64,000 bases of DNA, taken from assembly GCF_009914755.1 (NCBI RefSeq), contig NC_060925.1. One strand, written 5' to 3'. Positions 14,018 through 31,652 of this stretch are shown here, piece by piece. Below the pieces are notes generated by a model, which was not told where the DNA came from, did no database searches, and saw only the letters and a list, made by a program, of their open reading frames with translations. Numbering within the stretch: the first letter of the stretch is position 1; each line of letters opens with the position of its first letter. The DNA comes from the human T2T-CHM13v2.0 reference genome, Homo sapiens. A program made the position numbers and the translations under genes.

Positions 14018-18177
<4,160 letters not shown>

Positions 18178-18534
18178 ATGCTCAATTTCTTAAGTCCCAG
18201 ACACATCATTTCTCATGCTCCATTGATGAGAATTTAAGTCACATGGCTTTATCTCGACTGTAAAGGAGGTGGGAAATGTGATCAAGTGGTCAGTCATGGG
18301 TCTCTACAGAGCTGTTATCATGGAAGAAAGGAAAACAGGTTTTGATAGACAACTAGGAGTCTACCACAAGCCGCTTGCAGTGCATAGCGCCATTTTTCCT
18401 TACTTCTCAGCCCAAGAGCTGGACTCTCCCAGTCCCCAGGCCTGTCATTTTAAAAGAAGAGGAGGAGATAAGACTGTACTTATCTGCCATAGTAGCCACC
18501 TGGCCCTACTTCTTGGCTTTGTATAGTAGTTTCT

Positions 18535-18629
18535 CCAGGAGATGGAGCTTGCAGTGAGCTGAGATAGCGCCACGGCACTCCAGCCTGGGCGACAGCGAGA
18601 CTCTGTCTCAAAAAAAAAAAAAAAAAAAA
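18535..18629 (+). mobile_element. AluY-like 3' fragment
   Basis: ggagcttgcagtgagc, long A tail. Confidence 0.85.
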
Positions 18630-18929
18630 CTTTTTCTCATCTTTTGGCCTGATTGTTTAAAGGTTAGTGAGGGGAAAGGAATCAAGATGGGCAAGCATGG
18701 GAAGTCTAAGATCTTTTCACTGCCAACTAAACATGCTGCTAGCCAAGATTTCACTAGATAGCCCAGAGTCCACAGTGACAACCTAAGCGATGTGTTTTTA
18801 AAAGGTTATAGAATTTCGTATTTCATGGAATGGGAGTGGGGCGAAAAGGTGGATTTCCATAGGGAGGTTTTATTAACCAAGCAGTAAAGCTGAAACTAAT
18901 AAGAGCTCCATGACGTTATTATTGAAAAT

Positions 18930-19149
<220 letters not shown>

Positions 19150-19150
19150 G

Positions 19151-19440
19151 ACAACCGAGCACCACATGTTCTCACTTATAAGTGGGAGCAGAACAATGAG
19201 AACACATAGACACAGGAAGAGGACCAGCATACACTGGGGCCTGCAGGGTGGTGGGGTCGGGGGAGGGAGAACATTAGGAAAAATAGCTAATGCATGTGGG
19301 GCTTAATACCTAGGTGATGAGTTGACAGGTGTGCAAAGTACTGTGGCACACTTTTACCTATGTACCTGTGTAACAAACCTGCACATCCTGCACGTGTCGT
19401 GGAACTTAAAATAAAAATAAAAATTGAAAAAAAGAAAGAA
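19151..19440 (+). mobile_element. Older L1PA 3' end
   Basis: atgttctcacttataagtgggag...aacaaacctgcacatcctgcac, A-rich tail. Confidence 0.9.
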
Positions 19441-19819
19441 AATGAAGGAGGGAAGTCTATAGCAAATCTATAAACACACACGAACACTCAAATTGATCAT
19501 GATTAACAATATATTCAACTATCTGGTCCCAACTAATTTTCCAGTTTTATATACCTGTCTACACGTTCGACATGCTGTACCACTTCCTGTTTTTCACAGT
19601 GATCTGCTCCTGCTCTTTCCTCAGTGCTATTTATATAATTCTATAACTTGCTTTTATCACTGTGCATTCTGTTTTTGAGCTTATCTGTGTTGATACATAT
19701 AGACCTAGCTCATCCTTGTAACGATTTCATGTTACACTCTATAAATACATTATATTTTATTAGTGAACTTTCATGTTGCTTTAAAATTTGTTTTATCATC
19801 AGTACTTACCTTTTTATTT

Positions 19820-21180
<1,361 letters not shown>

Positions 21181-21584
21181 CTTAACGCTCCATCTTTATA
21201 GAATTATTGTTTGTGTTTGTGGGTATGTCTGTTTGTCTCCCTAGACAGCCTTCTTTTCTGTTCTCTTTACGGCACAGCTGACTCATTCATGTTGTAAACT
21301 TCCTTCTTTTCTTCTTCCCTTCTTACCACTGCCACCTTCAGGACCCTCACACCTGCCTGCCAACTTAGAACATTCCTTTACTACACTGAGTTCTATTAAA
21401 TGTATGTTGATTTGAAGTGGCAAATAAATATTTGTGTCATGGATATTCAGAAAAAGGAAAGATTCAAGTGGCTGCATAAAAAGTGATCTTGAGTTTAATT
21501 TCTGAGATTCTTATTTCTCAGCTCCTCATATAAATCAATAGAGTTAATTATAGCATCAGCGAAGTATAGTAGTTTGACTCTCAT

Positions 21585-21765
21585 TCAATGTGTACTACTG
21601 GCTAATTTATGGACCCTCTTGAAGCCTCGGTGTTTGCCTTTCAAGAATGAGAATAATAATGTCTCACAAGATTATTGTGAAGATTAAATGATATAAAATA
21701 TCTATAGTTCTAGTACAGTTTGTGGCTCATGGTAAACACTCAATAAAAGAAAGTCGTTATTGTCG
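21585..21765 (+). mobile_element. MIR
   Basis: gattattgtgaagattaaatga...ggtaaacactcaataaa. Confidence 0.7.
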
Positions 21766-22501
21766 TTAGACCATATTAAAGATAAACACTCCATAGATTT
21801 ATAAGGAGAAGAGCCAACTCTTCCCTTTCTTTTGTCAGAGCTTTTTCCCCCTGATACTGAATCCATTACTCATTGTCAGAGGCTTTGAAGGCAGAAGAAC
21901 CAGGTTCCTTCTAGGGACTGTTTTTCAAATTGGTTGATGAAACCCTTAGAGGCCACTTTGAGGTGTTAAAGGCTGCCCAGAACAGTTCTGATTTTGTTCT
22001 GTTCTGAGGTTCCATGTAAGACTTTGAAGAAGGTTTTCAACTGCTAAGAATGGCTGGAAACCACTCTAGTGATCTGTCAGCTGGAGTCCTGGGACATTCA
22101 CACCACTGGGCAAGAAGCATTTAGAAGCCCACTAATGAGCACAACCCATTTCCCTCATCCCTTCCTCCCCTACAGCTCCTGAAGCAAAAAAGAAATAATA
22201 ATTCGTTATTTTCGGCCAGAAGGGATGATAATCCAGAGTTCCAAAATAAGTCCATGGTAGCAGAAGTAATATTTAGGAAGTACGTGCCAAGTGCCAGGCA
22301 CCTAGCTGTGGTTTAAATACATGATTATAATTCACGTCAATTCTATGAGGAAGTTGTTGACAATCCCGTCTCTAAATTAGCATTGGGTGGTCTCACTTCT
22401 TCTAGGTACATGGATATGGGTTGAGTTGTATAGTCGCTGTGCCCTTCACCATAATCTTCTATCAACTCTGCCTTCTAAGAATTGGTTCCTAAAGCAATCT
22501 A

Positions 22502-22879
<378 letters not shown>

Positions 22880-23369
22880 TTAAATATGCATCTTGGTTTT
22901 ATATATTTAGTGTAACCCAAAGTCCCTCCATTACACGTACTGTCTTTTTTTCCATCCAGTTTTTCTTCCAGTTTTTCCCTCTGAGGGGTTGATCCCACAG
23001 TGCTGCCTTCTTCCCTGTCCTAATTAGGCTTGTATATTCACTTCCATGTGATTTTCATGTGAGGAGTGGTTTCGTGTTCCCAGCTGCCTTTTAAGAACCT
23101 ATGCAGACCTTCCTTCATAATGATGCTGGCTAGTTCTCTTCCAAATGTGTACCAAAAAAATTATTTCTGTGACCCCAAATGTTGCAAAGATCCAGACTTC
23201 TTCTTTCTATTGTATTTATAGACACTGATTGATGTTAAACTGATCTGGTTTTTCCACCATTTCTGTATTTTTTTTCTGTTTTTGGTACAAGCAAAGTATA
23301 TTGTTTCTACAATAGTATTTATATTTGAATGTATACATTTTATTCCTGATTTTTATCATGTTATCACTT

Positions 23370-23520
23370 TACTCCCCAAGATTAGCTGTCATTATTCCAC
23401 TTTACAGGTAAGGAAACCAAGGCTCAGATGATAACTTGCTTAAAGCCACCAGCAGGCAAGAACAGAGCTAGGCTTCCAATCTTGGAGGGCATACAGACTC
23501 TAGACCACTAGCTTTCTCTA
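23370..23520 (-). mobile_element. MIR
   Basis: ccactttacaggtaaggaaaccaaggctcaga is the antisense MIR core. Confidence 0.7.
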
Positions 23521-23526
23521 ACCTTG

Positions 23527-23818
23527 AGGTCACAAACAGGCAGCCCTGAGGCTGAATGTGGGCTGCAGACAATTTTTTAGGTGTGCACCAAATTTTAAAA
23601 TTGGGAGGTTACCAATTCAAAAGCAGACTTTTGCTTTTCTTGAAAATTTTGGAGATTTGGCAGCTTTGAGTCTACATTCCTACATGTGTGTAGTGTCTGT
23701 TGTTAGGCAAGGTAGGTGCTCCCCAGTTCACAGCAGCTTCCCTCCCTCCCTAGCCCGGCCCTCTCTCTCCTTTCCATCACCAACCTGGTCCTTATAAGGC
23801 GATGGAGTCCATACTCTA
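23527..23818 (+). mobile_element. MER102-like hAT-Charlie element
   Basis: gaggtcacaaac...aaaattgggag...ttcttgaaaattttggagatttggcagc...cccggccc...cctggtccttataaggc resembles MER102 as recalled. Confidence 0.65.
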
Positions 23819-24189
23819 CAGCACACCCTGTCCTCCCCTGTCTCAGTTATGGCCCTCTGCTGGCAGAACTGGGTTTGTGGGTTTGCTTTCCGTACCCTGT
23901 GGTACCATGGCAGCTGCTGCCGTGATTCTTAGGATCCTGTTACTTCTTTTACTTCTTTTTCAGTACAGCCTACGCCCTCAGACAAAGATGCCTGTGCAGT
24001 CAGATCCTCTCCCTTACGCTGCTCCCTGCGGGGTATGTCCAGTCCGTCAAGATTCTCCCTAAAGACACAGCCTGTAAGAAAGCAGAAGTCTTTGCCTCTG
24101 CCTGCCACATATCTTCCTTGAGGCAATGAAGTACAGAGCTGGCTATTTGCTTGATGGACAAAGGGGAAGAGGGGGAGAAATAATAAAAT

Positions 24190-24460
24190 AATTGTAGTCA
24201 TAGTAATGACAATATTGAACATATATTGAGAATTTGCTATGTGCCATTGTTCTGAACCCATATATGTTAATATATTGATGTTAATCCTCAAAACAATCTT
24301 ATGATATGAATTGAAGAGTTGTTCTAATTTTATATGTGAGGAGATGGAGGCTACGTTTTCAAGGAGGCTGGAGAATCTGCTCCAAGTCACATGTATCAAG
24401 AGGCAGAGGTGGTATTTGAACCAGGCTAAGCAGGTCCTGAGGCTTCAGTCTTAACTACCA
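24190..24460 (-). mobile_element. MIR
   Basis: atattgagaatttgctatgtgcca...ttaatcctcaaaacaatcttatga...tttgaaccagg. Confidence 0.75.
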
Positions 24461-24677
24461 CCTACTTTTTTAGAAACATAGATTAATATGCCGGAATATT
24501 CTCTAGCTACAATTGTTGGGCTTTTATAACCTAAAATCAACTCATACTAAATGAATCAAACAAACGACAACCAAAAAAATAAAAAAAAAAAGACCAGGAG
24601 AATGGACCAAGAAATACAGATGATATAAACACAATACATTTAAAGATATTATTTTTTGTACTTTTTAATGTAGCTTA

Positions 24678-24935
24678 ATTTTTTAATTGATACACAATCA
24701 TATATTTATGGAGTACAGAATGATGTTTCAATACATATAGTGTATGGTGATCAGATCAGGGTGATTAGCATATCCATCATCTCAAACATTTATCATTTCT
24801 TTATGTTGGGAACATTCAATATCCTCCATCCTCCTTTTAGCTATTTGAAACTATATATTTATTGTTAAGTATAGTCATCCTACAGTGGCATAGAACACTA
24901 GAACTTATTTATTCAATCTAGCTATAATTTTGTAA
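24678..24935 (-). mobile_element. L1MA 3'UTR fragment
   Basis: gatcagatcagggtgattagcatatccatcatctcaaacatttatcatttcttt. Confidence 0.8.
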
Positions 24936-25699
24936 AGGTACTGTTTAATTCTAGCAGGAGAATAAAGTGAATGGGAGAGAGGCGAACACCTGTAAGGTCC
25001 ATAGTATTCCAGATTATGAAATGACACAGATATCTCAGGAGAAGATGAGAGCTTTTCACATAATCATTCCAAGAAGTTTCATTTAACAACAGATATTTAT
25101 TGAGATGCTATCATGTTCTAGGCTATTGTACTTTGTCCTGGAAACACAAAGATGAATGAATAATGTACCCTTACGGTAAAATACGTGTACATATAATCAT
25201 GCATAATAGAGTATAAATACATACAATGATTAGCATATGGTCTCTCATTTTTTTAAACTTTAATTTCAAATAGACAACACATTTAGGTAGCTGAATATTT
25301 TAAGGATATAAAATTACATACACTGGAAACTCTCTCTTATTCTTGTCTCCAGGTACCTTCCCAGAAAGCAGACACCTTATCCTTCCAGAGATATTTTATA
25401 CAAGGAAGGATGTGTATAGATTCTTGCTCTCACATTTTTGTTTTTTTCACTTAACACATTTGGATATTATTCGCCATACTTTTTTGGTCATGCATACTAC
25501 CAGTAAGTTATTTGAGCCCTTAGTATACATTAGAAAGTGAATTATAAAACATAGAGAATATTTAAGAAGGAGAAATGAAGGTGAAATAACCAATAATTTT
25601 AGCAATTTATATTCTATTTTAGTATAAAAATGATTTTATCTCACTAACATTTTAAGCACAATGTGATTTAAAATGAAACTACTTTGAAGAAACTTGGTT

Positions 25700-25769
25700 A
25701 AAACTTTATGAAATAGGATTCAAAGATTTGATTAAAAACTTTATGAGACAGGATTCAAAGGTTTGATTA
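25700..25769. repeat. 35-bp tandem duplication with 3 mismatches
   Basis: aaaactttatgaaataggattcaaagatttgatta / aaaactttatgagacaggattcaaaggtttgatta. Confidence 0.95.
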
Positions 25770-27103
25770 AAACTAAACTGATTGGATAGTGATACTTGAT
25801 TTTATTTGTTGTTTTGTCACAAAAAATAAAATGTATCACAAAATATGTAGCTCCTATGTAGGCGACAGGTGACTGATACAGTGGGCGCCACAATGTCAGT
25901 CTTTATGCCAAAGACTGGTGAAGCTTAATTTATTCTGCTTGTTAAATTTAAAAAGTCAATTTGAACAGAAGATATAATATTTCTTTTTGCACCCCAATTT
26001 ATCATCTCGAGCCATCCTCCTGGATGTGTGCACCCTACTTAAGGAATCCCGGGCTAGGGAATCAAACATGTCTGATACCAAACTCTCAGCAATCTTGTGG
26101 GGAATGACTGAAGGAATGGTTTCTTTAACACAAATTCAAACTCCTGTCGAAAGCAGCAGTTCATGGTGGTGCTTTTGTTTTCTAAGGTGTGAAGTATGCT
26201 GTTTATAAAAGTACTGATGCTTGGTGCTAGCAGACACAAAGCATTTTTACCACGATCATAGTGGAGTGGTCATGATGGGAAGGGACTTTAAAGCCCCCAT
26301 GACCTCCTAAATGCCACTCTTACTCAGTTGCATTCCTTCTGGCTTCTTGAGTAAGACAGAAAGGACTCCAGGAATTGTGCTTAGGAAGGTTGTGGCCCTG
26401 GAGCAAACACAGCCCTTGTGAACTCCATTTGTCATGCATGCATTGTGGGATGAGAGAGTGAGGCCTGCTGAAGCATGTAGAATGACTATCTGTTCATTTT
26501 TTTTTTCTTTTTCTATTTGTGATTTCCTCTAGGATCTGTAATTTAGCCTCAGCATTGCCATTTAAGGAGTCTAAAATAGAGTAAGTTCTGAGTTTGAGTG
26601 AGTGAGAGTGGATATATGAAAAATTCTCAACTAGATAAATATGGTTTTTTAAAAAACGTTAGAGATAAAAGAAAATTAACCCTCAGAGGGCTATCATCCT
26701 ACTTGCATAGTGAATTGATTTGACAAACTCATAATTTGATTTGCTGTGCCTAAGGGAGACAAATTTGATTTCCTCCTAAGGGAGAGTGATTTAATTTTAA
26801 TTATGCAATATGTTTTCTAAGCATTAGCACTTTCATGAAAATATTAAAAGAAAATGTTGATGCTTTCTCCTGGAACTAATGACTTAGCTTGTTTATAATT
26901 ATTTAATAATTAGGTTTTGAAATTGATAATATGTTAGTAGAAGATGATTATTCATTTATTTTTATTGCAATTTGCTGTGATGCTACAAAAGACCATTAAA
27001 GTTAAAAGGCTGATGAGATATTTATAATTGCCTTATGCCAAGTGGAGAGTCAATATCCAAACTTTGTGTAAAGATAAAATTAGAGTCATCTTTGATTTTG
27101 CCA

Positions 27104-27652
27104 TGTATATCAAGGCATGGTTGCTGCATAACGAATCAACCCAAAAACTTACTGGCTTAAAACAACAATATTTATAATTTCACGTGCTTTATATGGGTCA
27201 GGAAATCAAGAACTGCTCAGCTGATTGGTTTCAACTCAGCATCGCTTTTGAGGTTGCATTTAAATGGTGATTGGGGTTGCAGTAATCTCAAAGTCTTCTC
27301 AATCTGTATACCTCATGCTTGGTTTGGGAAGACTCCAACTGTTGAGTGCTGGAACAGCTGAGGCTCCTCAGGCATCTCTTCTCATCTCTCTGCATGGAAG
27401 TCTCAGGGTAGCTGGACTCCATAGCAGCTCAGGGCTCTAAAGGCATTAACTTGAGAGAGCCAGAAGGAAGCCCTATCACCTTTTGTAACCTAGCTTCAGG
27501 AGTCATACAGTGTCGCTTCTATCACTTTCTATTTGTTAAGAATGAGCCACTGAGACTGGCCTATATTCAAGGGGAAGGGAATTAGAATCCACTTTTTTTT
27601 TAAATAGGAAGAGTGTAAAAAAACACTTGTTGACATGTTTTAAACCCCCACA
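27104..27652 (-). mobile_element. MLT1 (F/G/H-like) solo LTR
   Basis: ttgctgcataac...ggcttaaaacaacaa...gacatgttttaaacccccaca. Confidence 0.75.
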
Positions 27653-27969
27653 CCATAAAGCTCAATAAATAATAAATACCTGCCCATTTTTCACTTTGCT
27701 GATATGTGTCCCTTCCCTTCATTTTGTTTCTTGCTCATCTTTTCATGCCAGGTGTTCAGTCCCATCTATTTGAACTTTTAGAGTCTTCTCTTAACTACCT
27801 TCCCTGTCCTCATTCTTTCCACATCTAGTCTGTCTGTGTCCTGTGGCCAGACTAATCTTTCTGAAAGACCACTGCCATTAGTTCACCCCTTTGATTGAAA
27901 ACCTTTCATGACAATTATTGTCCACAAATATGTTTCTCCTTCTATGGTTTGATTCAGAATCAAGTACAT

Positions 27970-28090
27970 GTCTTGTTAAAAAATGTGTATTGTCCAGTCT
28001 CCCTGAGAGAATTACTGAATTAGAATTTCTGGTGAGCGGAACCCAAGAATCTGCAAGTTTACAAATCAGCAACTTTTAGTAACGTTTATT
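27970..28090. mobile_element. MER5A-like fragment
   Basis: tactgaattagaatttctgg...cccaagaatctgcaagtttacaa. Confidence 0.55.
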
Positions 28091-28239
28091 CTTAAACACA
28101 TTAGCATGCAAACTTTAGTCTATAATGGCACACAGCAAAGATTCTCAGCCATAGCATGTTGTCATAGTTATGAAACAAGTGGTCTGTTGCGAATAATAGT
28201 GAAGCACTGAAATTGGAGCACATCCATCATTATCCCAAT

Positions 28240-28635
28240 TGTATTAGTTCATTCTCACACTGCTATAAAGAAATACCTGAGACTGGGTAATTTATATAGA
28301 AAAGAAGTTTAAGTGGCTCACAGTTCCACAGGCTGTACAGGAAGCATGGCAGCATCTGCTTGGTGTCAATCATGGCGGAATCTTAAAGGGGTAGATGGCA
28401 CTTCACATGGCTGGAGCAGGAGGAAGAAAGAGAGGCGGGGAGATGCTACACACTTGTAAACAACTAGATCTTGTGAGAACTTACTCATTATACAGGAGCA
28501 AGGGAGGATGCTGCTAAACCATTCATGAGAACTTTGCCCCCATGATCTAATCACCTCTCACCAGGCCCCTTCTCCAACATTGGAGATTAAAATTTGACAT
28601 GAGATTTGGGTGGGGACATGATTCAAATCATAACA
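28240..28635 (-). mobile_element. MST (A/B) solo LTR
   Basis: tgtattagttcattctcacactgctataaagaaatacctgagactggg...gagatttgggtggggaca. Confidence 0.9.
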
Positions 28636-29064
28636 TCAGTAATGTCACCTTCACTAGTCTTCACACTTTCTGACTGGAAGAGAAATTCCTTAGACTATGA
28701 GGAATTTCAAGTAAGATGTGTTCCCAGTATTAATGTCATTAGGTGCATGAGTCTCCATGGAATCACTACCCTAAACAATCTGATTTGAACAATCCGATTT
28801 GAGCAGGACCCGGCTTGTTTTACCAGTGTGCCTTCAATACACTTTGTTCTTGCTCCCTCACTGCTTGTCTCTCTTCAGTGGGTCTTTTTTTTTTTCTGCT
28901 TGTCCAGTCTCCCCTTCTCTTGGACATCTTCCTTTAGGACCCTAAGAGTTGGAGATTTCTGTCTACTCTCCACTTCTTCAGCAAATTATGTTACAATTTA
29001 CAATATTTATATGATCCTTATCGTATAATGCTTTATATTGCTAATTATTAGTTCATCATATTGC

Positions 29065-29572
29065 TGTGTCAGGTTCCAGCAGGAAAGCAATGGCATACTC
29101 AAATAGGCTGAACAGAAGAGTGTTTAATAAAGGTGTGCATAGGACATGAGGAAAAAATGGAAAGGTATGTGTGGGACAAACAACAAAAGATAGTTCAATA
29201 CTACAGGGCTGCTGGAAGTGGGTTCTGTTTCCATCCCAAGGCCTGTAGGTTCAAGGAGGAGGAGTAGTTACTTCAACCTAGAAAAAGACAGATGTATGAA
29301 GAAAGGTTCCTTATAGGGGCCTTGACCTTTAGTAGAGAGAGGTAGCCAGCTCATGATGATTCCACAGGATGAGAGCCAAGGGAATAAATTTCAAGACTTT
29401 CCTTTCCTCCCTTCCTCTGATCTCCTACTGATGCTTACCGTTGGTCAAAAACAGCTGCAAGCCAGAGATCAAGAGAACTGATTTATACATTTCAGAAGAG
29501 TCATCAGGGCACAGAATTGGGGAGAGAATGGTAGAGTAGAGCTAGAGGGGCAAAGGGAAAATGGATAACACA
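29065..29572 (-). mobile_element. Old ERV solo LTR (LTR78/79-like, subfamily uncertain)
   Basis: tgtgtcagg...gagtgtttaataaagg...gggcaaagggaaaat; TG..CA-like ends. Confidence 0.5.
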
Positions 29573-30123
29573 ATCAGATTTATTAAGGGCTGAAACTCTT
29601 TTATCTACTTTTTGTATTTCTCATGGCTCTGCAAGGCACTGCCCACAGCAGTTGTTCAATGACTGTGTCTTCATTCTTTTATGCCAGCACACACTGGTTT
29701 GATTCCTCCAGAATGCCTCATAAGGATGAGTGACAAAAGGCTGCCCAGTGGTAACATTTTGTATTTTCTGCACCAAGATTCACTCAAACATAAACTATTG
29801 TATTTCCTTAATTTCCAGGCCCAATTTCCTTAATGTCTTTAATAGAAAAGACCAGTTTCTTGAGAAAATGCAGAGACAGTTATAATTTGGATATCTTAAG
29901 TAATTGCCAAAAATATAAATTCAAATTAAACTGGCTGTCATATATGTTGGAAGTCCAAGATACTATTCTCAGATCCTACTGATTTAGTCTCACTGACTAT
30001 AAGCACATTGCATTCTGTGAAGAATGATTATGTGTACAAGTGTTCCCCACGTTATGAGAAAAATGTTAGAGATGCTGAATTTCTAAAATGAATAAACAGG
30101 GTAATTGTTTATTCTACAGAAGG

Positions 30124-30493
30124 TGTATTAGTCCATTCTCATGCTACTATGCAGAAATACCCAAGACTGGTAATTTACAAAGAAAAGAGGTTTAATTGAC
30201 TCACAGTTTTGCATGGTTGGGGAAGCCTCAGGAAACTTAAAATCATGGCAGAAGACAAAGGGAAAGAAAGGCACCTTTTTCACAGGGCGGCAGGAAGAAG
30301 TGCTGAGCAAAGTGGGGAAAGCCCCTTAGAAAACCATCGGGTCTCATGAGAACTCAGTATCATGAGAACAGCATGGGGGTAAATGCCCCCATGATTCAAT
30401 TACCTTGCATCTGGTCCCTACCTTGACACGTGGAGATTTTGGGAACTACAATTCAAGATGAGATTTGGGTGGGGACTCAGCCAAACCGTATTG
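30124..30493 (-). mobile_element. THE1 (C/D-like) solo LTR
   Basis: THE1-like throughout; perfect 5-bp TSD GAAGG (30119-30123, 30494-30498). Confidence 0.92.
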
Positions 30494-30634
30494 GAAGGAT
30501 TTCTACCATAACGGAAAGATTAAAATGGGATTTTCATTATGTGGGTAGAAATAAGCATACTTCATTTTTACAAGAGACACTTTTTAAACAATTAAAACGC
30601 AGATTGAAAGTAAAGGATTAAAAAGGTATAACCA

Positions 30635-31045
<411 letters not shown>

Positions 31046-31357
31046 TCATCAGAAAGACATACAATTTATAAATGTGTATATACCTAATAAAAAGTTTCAA
31101 TATCCATGACTCAAAAATTGATAGAAATAAAGGAAGAAATAGACAAATGCAAACTCATAATTGGAAATGTTAACAATCTTCTCTCAGTATTTAATATTAA
31201 CAACTAGGCAAAATACCAGTACAGACATAGAAAATCTAAAGAACAATAGACATGTCTAGAACACTGTATCAAACAACTGAATAATGCACAGTGATTTTGA
31301 GTGTGTATGGTACATTCACCAAGATAAACCATTTACTAAGCCATTAATACAAGTCTC

Positions 31358-31652
31358 GGCCGGGCGTGGTGGCTCACTCCTATAATCCCAGCATTTTGGG
31401 AGGCTGAGGTGGGCGGATCACCTGAGGTCAGGAGTTTGACAGCAGTCTGGCCAACACGGTGAAACCCCATCTCTACTAAAAATACAAAACAGCCAGGTGC
31501 GGTGGTGCCGCCTGTAGTCCCAGCTACTCAGGAAGCTAAGGCAAGAGAATCACTTGAACCCGAGAGGCGTAGGTTGCAGTGAGCTGAGGTCTCGCCACTG
31601 CACTGCAGCATGGGCAATAGATAGAGCGAGACTCCGTCTCAAAAAAAAAAAA
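31358..31652 (+). mobile_element. AluS
   Basis: Full dimer; TSD aagtctc. Confidence 0.95.

Noticed and set aside
23929-24399. 156-aa minus-strand ORF
   Set aside because: Largely MIR-derived, non-ATG start, no recognisable domain
24572-24592. AATAAA within an A-rich run as a poly(A) site
   Set aside because: A genomic A-tract would cause internal oligo-dT priming; not reliable evidence
25331-25358. Strong acceptor-like tctctcttattcttgtctccAG|gtacct
   Set aside because: Reconstituted donor is weak and no convincing partner donor was seen nearby
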